48,160 nucleotides of DNA from a virus. Each line of letters starts with the position of its first letter. Positions within the stretch are counted from its first letter, which is position 1. The translations under genes were made by a program, and so were the position numbers. A model generated the notes under the pieces. The model did no database searches. It was given only the letters and a program-made list of their open reading frames with translations, and had not been told where the DNA came from. Shown piece by piece: positions 43,891 through 48,160 of this stretch. The stretch is taken from the UHGV virus genome UHGV-1333633. One strand, 5' to 3'.

Positions 43891-45326
43891 CTCCACATGT
43901 ATTTTTTAGTACCCGAATTTTCCGTAATCAAACACCCCGCCTCATCCATCATTTGACGTTGAGTCTTTTTCTTGGAAAATACCGACGGGTCAACCCCTAA
44001 CTTACTTAGCGTTTTTGGGATGTTAATCTTCCACCATTGTTGCCGACTCATGAAACCCACTTTCCGGTGCCATATTCTGAATGATGTGACCGAATCATCA
44101 ACCAGTTCGAATCCTGAGTTTTCATAACTTGACCCGTCGAAATAGTCACAATCTACGAACGATTGGCACCATTGCATATTTAGAGCCGCGGCCGCGTGTT
44201 TGAACAGCTTGGACTGACCACCTCTGACCATACAACTCGTGGCATAACGTACCATATCGAATCCACCCTCAGCAATTTGGTTAAATGTCATAACTGCGAC
44301 GATTTGACCGGATTTATGGGTGAGTGCGAAATTATGTGAGGCCCGAGCATAGCCCTGAACGTGATGTTCAATCAGGAACTTCCGGGCATCTTTGCCGGGG
44401 ATATTCACAATCTTACAGTCGCGAGCGTTGACTCTCACATCTTCGGAGTGCCCCGTGGCGTTTTTTATGATTCGCGTAATGATTGGTTTTTTATCTTTCC
44501 AGTCTTGTTCTGATATTGATATCAATCTATACCCAACACTGTTAGTTCTGATACGTTTGTTTTTGTGATATCCCCTCGGTCGTTTCTGCAGGCTGTGCCA
44601 GTATGTGCCATTGAATTCTATTGCCACTTTTGAAGCGTGGTCCACTATGTCGAGTTCTTGAGGTGCGATTAGTGAGCGATTCGAAATGTCAACATCACCG
44701 ATTAGCGACTGTATTTCCACTTCGAAACTTGATGGTCCCACGTTCGCGCATTTGGGGCAACCCACCCCGTAAGCATGCTGAAACGCAATCGGTGTGAAGT
44801 CTCCGTGTTTTTCGCATGTAACTACAATTTTGTCGCCAGATTTGGTGTATGATGTTTTGTCATAGGTATATGGACTACCACTGTCTTTCATTTTTTGGAC
44901 GAATGATTCCGTATCGTATTTCCCACCTTGTTTGCACTTGGGACAACCTTGCCCCGTGGTGCAGTGTGCAGATGGAGTCTGGTAGAAATCTCCATGAGTG
45001 GGACAGGTGATTCTCATCTTTGTACGGGTGTCAACATATGTTTCGGGGTGGTACTCATATTTATTTCCGTGTTTCTCTTTGGCGCGGTCGAGCATTTCAG
45101 AAACAGACTTCCGTTTGTTCGTATTTTTAATTTTTTTTGCACATTCTGGGCAGTTGCTGCCATTAGTGTGGTCTGCTGCAATCTGTAAGAAATCCCCGTG
45201 AATGCGGCATTTTATCCGAACTGTGTTCGCCTTACCCGTGTAAACTACCCCCGTGTAATCGTACCTGTCACCGTGTACAGATTTGGCCTTATTGACGTAT
45301 TCTTCGGTTGTCAACTTTTTGGACAT
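43878..45326 (-). CDS. free-standing homing-endonuclease-like protein: 3 Zn-ribbon repeats + Vsr-like/DUF559 PD-(D/E)xK nuclease domain + C-terminal domain
   Basis: Repeats with HGDF...GCPxC. ELDIVDHASKVAIEFNGTYWH matches the Vsr/DUF559 core. Start MSKK after RBS gagggaggag. Confidence 0.6.
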   Translation of the reverse strand: MSKKLTTEEYVNKAKSVHGDRYDYTGVVYTGKANTVRIKCRIHGDFLQIAADHTNGSNCPECAKKIKNTNKRKSVSEMLDRAKEKHGNKYEYHPETYVDTRTKMRITCPTHGDFYQTPSAHCTTGQGCPKCKQGGKYDTESFVQKMKDSGSPYTYDKTSYTKSGDKIVVTCEKHGDFTPIAFQHAYGVGCPKCANVGPSSFEVEIQSLIGDVDISNRSLIAPQELDIVDHASKVAIEFNGTYWHSLQKRPRGYHKNKRIRTNSVGYRLISISEQDWKDKKPIITRIIKNATGHSEDVRVNARDCKIVNIPGKDARKFLIEHHVQGYARASHNFALTHKSGQIVAVMTFNQIAEGGFDMVRYATSCMVRGGQSKLFKHAAAALNMQWCQSFVDCDYFDGSSYENSGFELVDDSVTSFRIWHRKVGFMSRQQWWKINIPKTLSKLGVDPSVFSKKKTQRQMMDEAGCLITENSGTKKYMWRKGA

Positions 45327-45392
45327 GTTCTCCTCCCTCTCATGATGACCAACGTGTTTCGATTGAATAATACACGTGCTACATAGCCAAAA

Positions 45393-45435
45393 CAAGGGTC
45401 CGGCAAGCTAAACAAAAGGGGCCATCGGGCCCCTT
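45393..45435. repeat. direct repeat R (copy of tube gene 3' end + terminator)
   Basis: See 43845..43890. Confidence 0.8.
45411..45435 (-). terminator. minus-strand terminator for Rha copy 1 (hairpin + ttttgttt)
   Basis: Read on the reverse complement. Confidence 0.55.
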
Positions 45436-45448
45436 GGTTATTTTTAAC

Positions 45449-46165
45449 TCAAATCAAACCTTCTTCAGATAATTTTCTGACAATCCACATTTCACCTTCG
45501 GCATAGAACATAGGTTGTGAGAACCCATTCTCTGTCTCCCGCATTATCCCGTACCCCTTATCGATGAACCATTGCTGAAATACACGTCCACGCTTCACGG
45601 AGCGATTGTAGACGTCCATTGAGGTTAACTGCTTGTTTAACCATATCGCTGATTGTCCGAACTTCTGGGCGATCTGAGTGGCGTTATAGAGACCATTGCG
45701 TTCTACAATCCGGTCGTAGACGTCTGCTTTTGGTGTCATCTCCTCATTCTCTAGTGCAAGACGTTCTTTCTCTTTCTCGCTTTCCAGCAGCGCTTCAAGT
45801 GCTTGAATATAGTTTTGTGGTAGTGCGGGTGTATTCACCCGTGATTCCAGCTCTTGCCAACGCTTGATTATCTTCATTCGTAATTGAGCGTTATACCCTG
45901 ACACCAGGCAGATGGTGTTATCTTTATCCAGCCGGTACTCCCATGCGTTTGGGTTGGTGGTATCATACTGAATGCACGTAACCCCATGATTCGTAACGTA
46001 ACTCAAATTTGAGTTACGAACATAATCTTCATCGTGACCACCATGTAGAGCGCAGAGCATTGAGCGAATGTCTCTGCAAACATTGTCGTGACGCTTCTCA
46101 ACTAGCGTCGCAATCTCGCGGCTAGACATGGTTAGTTCCGATTTTGTGTTTACTAAATCGTTCAT
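45449..46165 (-). CDS. Rha-family regulatory protein with KilAC (antirepressor C-terminal) domain, paralog 1 (intact)
   Basis: N-terminus TMSSREIATLVEKRHDNV (Phage_pRha). C-terminus YNATQIAQKFGQSAIWLNKQL... (KilAC). Confidence 0.75.
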   Translation of the reverse strand: MNDLVNTKSELTMSSREIATLVEKRHDNVCRDIRSMLCALHGGHDEDYVRNSNLSYVTNHGVTCIQYDTTNPNAWEYRLDKDNTICLVSGYNAQLRMKIIKRWQELESRVNTPALPQNYIQALEALLESEKEKERLALENEEMTPKADVYDRIVERNGLYNATQIAQKFGQSAIWLNKQLTSMDVYNRSVKRGRVFQQWFIDKGYGIMRETENGFSQPMFYAEGEMWIVRKLSEEGLI

Positions 46166-46172
46166 CTCTGTT

Positions 46173-46182
46173 CCCCCCCCCC
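46173..46182. repeat. C10 homopolymer (G10 on the mRNA) between RBS and the remaining leader of Rha paralog 1
   Basis: Read directly. Absent from the leaders of the other copies. Confidence 0.9.
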
Positions 46183-46285
46183 TCTTGTTCGTGTGAGTGT
46201 AGTTTCGATAAAAATCACGACCCGTTCAAATCGATTTATTCATGGTCACGATTAACGATGTGATTGATCACAATTGACCCCTTAG

Positions 46286-46429
46286 TTATTTTCTTTTACT
46301 CCGAATGTGAAAGTCTGCTTTATCCATCATGTCTTTGCGCCAGCAAACACCGGTGCCCATATACGCCGGGTCGTCACTTTCCGCATAACCAAATTCGTTT
46401 TCATGGTATGTGCAAATCGTGTCGGTCTG
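46286..46429 (-). pseudogene. 3' fragment of the small exported-protein gene (paralog of 46709..46963)
   Basis: Translates to QTDTICTYHENEFGYAESDDPAYMGTGVCWRKDMMDKADFHIRSKRK*, about 90% identical to the C-terminus of the 46709 ORF. No N-terminus. Confidence 0.5.
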
Positions 46430-46590
46430 CCTCCGTTCGACGGCATGACCTTTTCCTCAAAAGTGAGGGAAAGGTCATGCGCCATTTTCGATATGTCGCG
46501 TCGTACATTATCGTGTTCCTTCCCTGTCAATTCCGCAATCTCACGGCTGGACATCGTTTGTACATCGCCGACAGTCATTAAGTCATTCAT
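46327..46590 (-). CDS. truncated Rha N-terminal-domain ORF (recombination remnant)
   Basis: MNDLMTVGDVQTMSSREIAELTGKEHDNVRRDISKM, then unrelated sequence. Contains the inverted repeat 46444..46479. Confidence 0.4.
   Translation of the reverse strand: MNDLMTVGDVQTMSSREIAELTGKEHDNVRRDISKMAHDLSLTFEEKVMPSNGGRPTRFAHTMKTNLVMRKVTTRRIWAPVFAGAKT
46444..46479. repeat. 16-bp-arm inverted repeat catgaccttttcctca-aaag-tgagggaaaggtcatg at the junction inside the truncated Rha ORF
   Basis: Read directly. Confidence 0.7.
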
Positions 46591-46708
46591 ATTTCGTATC
46601 TCCTCTCTTGTTCGTGTGAGTGTAGTTTCGATGAAAATCACGACCCGTTCAAATCGATTTGTTTATGATCACGATTAACGATGTAATTGATGACAATTGA
46701 CCTCTTAG

Positions 46709-46963
46709 TTATTTTCTTTTACTCCGAATGTGGAAGTCCGCTTTGTCCATCATTTCTTTACGCCAGCAAATCCCGGTACCCATATACGCCGGGTCGTCAC
46801 TTTCCGCATAACCGTATTCATTTTCATGATACGTACAAATCGTATCGGTTTGCTCATCGTAAATCTGGAATTGCTCGCTCTGAGCACTGTGGGCACCACT
46901 GCAGTAAATTGCCGCAGCCACGATAACAACCAACTGAATTTTAAATTTGTTTAACATTTTCAC
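46709..46963 (-). CDS. small exported protein (signal peptide, 4 Cys)
   Basis: MKMLNKFKIQLVVIVAAAIYCSGAHSA signal. Its N-terminal leader is paralogous to the 47750..47932 protein (MLNK...IVAAV). Confidence 0.5.
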   Translation of the reverse strand: MKMLNKFKIQLVVIVAAAIYCSGAHSAQSEQFQIYDEQTDTICTYHENEYGYAESDDPAYMGTGICWRKEMMDKADFHIRSKRK

Positions 46964-46984
46964 ATCTCCCCTGTTATTTTTAAC

Positions 46985-47674
46985 TCAAATCAAACCTTCT
47001 TCAGATAATTTTCTGACAATCCACATTTCACCTTCGGCATAGAACATAGGTTGTGAGAACCCATTCTCTGTCTCCCGCATTATCCCGTACCCCTTATCGA
47101 TGAACCACTGTTGAAATACACGTCCGCGCTTCACGGAGCGATTGTAGACGTCCATCGAGGCTAGTTGTTTGTTTAGCCATATCGCTGATTGTCCGAACTT
47201 CTGTGCGATTTGAGTGGCGTTATAGAGACCATTGCGTTCTACGATTCGGTCGTAGACGTCTGCTTTTGGTGCTGCTATCGATAGTTTCTCCTGCGCCAAA
47301 AGCTTCTGTTCGTACTCGGTAGCCCATGCTCTCGCGGCTTCTGCTGGATTTGTGAAGTCTGGTAGTGTCGGTTTGTTGGCGTTCTCAAGTTCTTGCCAAC
47401 GGTTAATCAACTTCTGACGCAAGGGAATGTTATAGCCAGTCATTAACAGTAGTGTTTGATTCTTGGTTAGCAGATACTCGGATGTATACCCTCTATTATC
47501 TGTAAGTGACTGAAATTCCTCATGGTCCAAATTTGGACCATCTTTTAACTGCTCGATAATTGTGCGAATATCGCGAATAATGTGTTTATGTTCCTTCCCA
47601 GTCAATTCCGCAATCTCACGGCTGGACATCGTTTGTACATCGCCGACAGTCATTAAGCCATTCATATCTCGCAT
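46985..47674 (-). CDS. Rha-family / KilAC antirepressor-like protein, paralog 2 (intact)
   Basis: MSSREIAELTGKEHKHIIRDIR N-terminus. C-terminal 100 aa identical to paralog 1. Confidence 0.75.
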   Translation of the reverse strand: MRDMNGLMTVGDVQTMSSREIAELTGKEHKHIIRDIRTIIEQLKDGPNLDHEEFQSLTDNRGYTSEYLLTKNQTLLLMTGYNIPLRQKLINRWQELENANKPTLPDFTNPAEAARAWATEYEQKLLAQEKLSIAAPKADVYDRIVERNGLYNATQIAQKFGQSAIWLNKQLASMDVYNRSVKRGRVFQQWFIDKGYGIMRETENGFSQPMFYAEGEMWIVRKLSEEGLI

Positions 47675-47749
47675 CTCCTCTCTCTCGTTTGCGTGAGTGT
47701 GGTTTGTTTATGGTCACGATGATGACTGACTAGATTTTGAACTCACAAA

Positions 47750-47932
47750 TCATTTTGTCAGCATCCTTTTGAGTTTCATTGCGCACAGGTAGAAGAAGTA
47801 GAGACCTGGTAGAGCCAGAATCATCGGCACAATCTCCCCATTTTTCTCGTGTTCCAGACCCACTGCAATCATGGATGCGGCCACAGCTGCGACAATTAAG
47901 AAACATACCACTGTCATGATTTTGTTTAACAT
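47750..47932 (-). CDS. small membrane protein (2 TM), paralogous leader to 46709 protein
   Basis: MLNKIMTVVCFLIVAAVAASMIAVG...PMILALPGLYFFYLCAM. Confidence 0.45.
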   Translation of the reverse strand: MLNKIMTVVCFLIVAAVAASMIAVGLEHEKNGEIVPMILALPGLYFFYLCAMKLKRMLTK

Positions 47933-47977
47933 TTTCGTGTCCTCTCTGTTGTTTTGTTGATGTAACTGTAACTCGCA

Positions 47978-47993
47978 TTGACGACGCCGTCAA
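47978..47993 (-). promoter_or_regulatory. palindrome TTGACGACGCCGTCAA. Minus promoter TTGACG-17-TACAGT for the 47932 gene.
   Basis: Read on the reverse complement. RBS agagagg. Confidence 0.5.
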
Positions 47994-47996
47994 CAC

Positions 47997-48160
47997 TTAA
48001 ATCAAACCTTCTTCGGATAATTTTCTGACAATCCACATTTCACCTTCGGCATAGAACATAGGTTGTGAGAACCCATTCTCTGTCTCCCGCATTATCCCGT
48101 ACCCCTTATCGATGAACCACTGTTGAAATACACGTCCGCGCTTCACGGAGCGATTGTAGA
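47997..48160 (-). CDS. 3' end of Rha/KilAC paralog 3. The gene continues across the window junction into 1..421.
   Basis: Identical to 46985..47148. Stop at 47997..47999. The window end joins the window start in perfect register with paralog 2. Confidence 0.55.
   Translation of the reverse strand, partial: YNRSVKRGRVFQQWFIDKGYGIMRETENGFSQPMFYAEGEMWIVRKLSEEGLI

Overview
The window reads as a complete, circularly closed (or circularly permuted) tailed-phage genome of 48,160 bp. The 3' end of the window runs seamlessly into its 5' end, so one gene spans the junction.

The + strand carries a late structural block. It runs from a -1 frameshifting tail-assembly chaperone through tape measure, a lytic-transglycosylase hub, a gpV/gpW/gpJ-like baseplate and a tailspike, to fibers (712..11513). 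Further on it carries terminase small and large subunits, portal, a Mu-F-like head morphogenesis protein, scaffold, a DUF2184-like major capsid, and neck, sheath-like and tube-like proteins (28682..43864).

The - strand carries a lysis cassette (SAR endolysin and spanins) and a replication block. The replication block holds a miniature family-B DNA polymerase, a gp2.5-like SSB candidate and a DUF2800/Cas4-like nuclease. A + strand block holds an SF2 helicase, a VRR-NUC nuclease, a TetR-like regulator, a primase-polymerase/SF3 helicase and a metallophosphoesterase.

Accessory content is concentrated in several places:
1. Two free-standing homing-endonuclease-like genes (a GIY-YIG/T5orf172 type and a Vsr-like PD-(D/E)xK type) share a triple zinc-ribbon repeat. 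One is flanked by 43-46 bp direct repeats that duplicate the tube-gene 3' end plus terminator.
2. An array of three units, each a small exported protein followed by an Rha/KilAC antirepressor-like gene, sits between the tube gene and the tail chaperone. The units are in different states of decay (intact, truncated fragment, frameshifted).
3. A regulon-like set of at least 11 sites of the 16-bp palindrome TTGACG-N4-CGTCAA. Each doubles as the -35 element of a sigma70-like promoter with a 17-bp spacer to a TAnnnT -10. One sits directly upstream of the TetR-like gene.
4. Two near-identical 273-bp regulatory modules lie upstream of the two late operons. One of them is preceded by 65-bp tandem repeats carrying GTAGTACA-N12-TGTACTAC palindromes.
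5. An orphan minus-strand transcription unit (candidate ncRNA) lies inside the tail module.

All calls rest on reading the sequence and ORF track by eye. No database searches were run.
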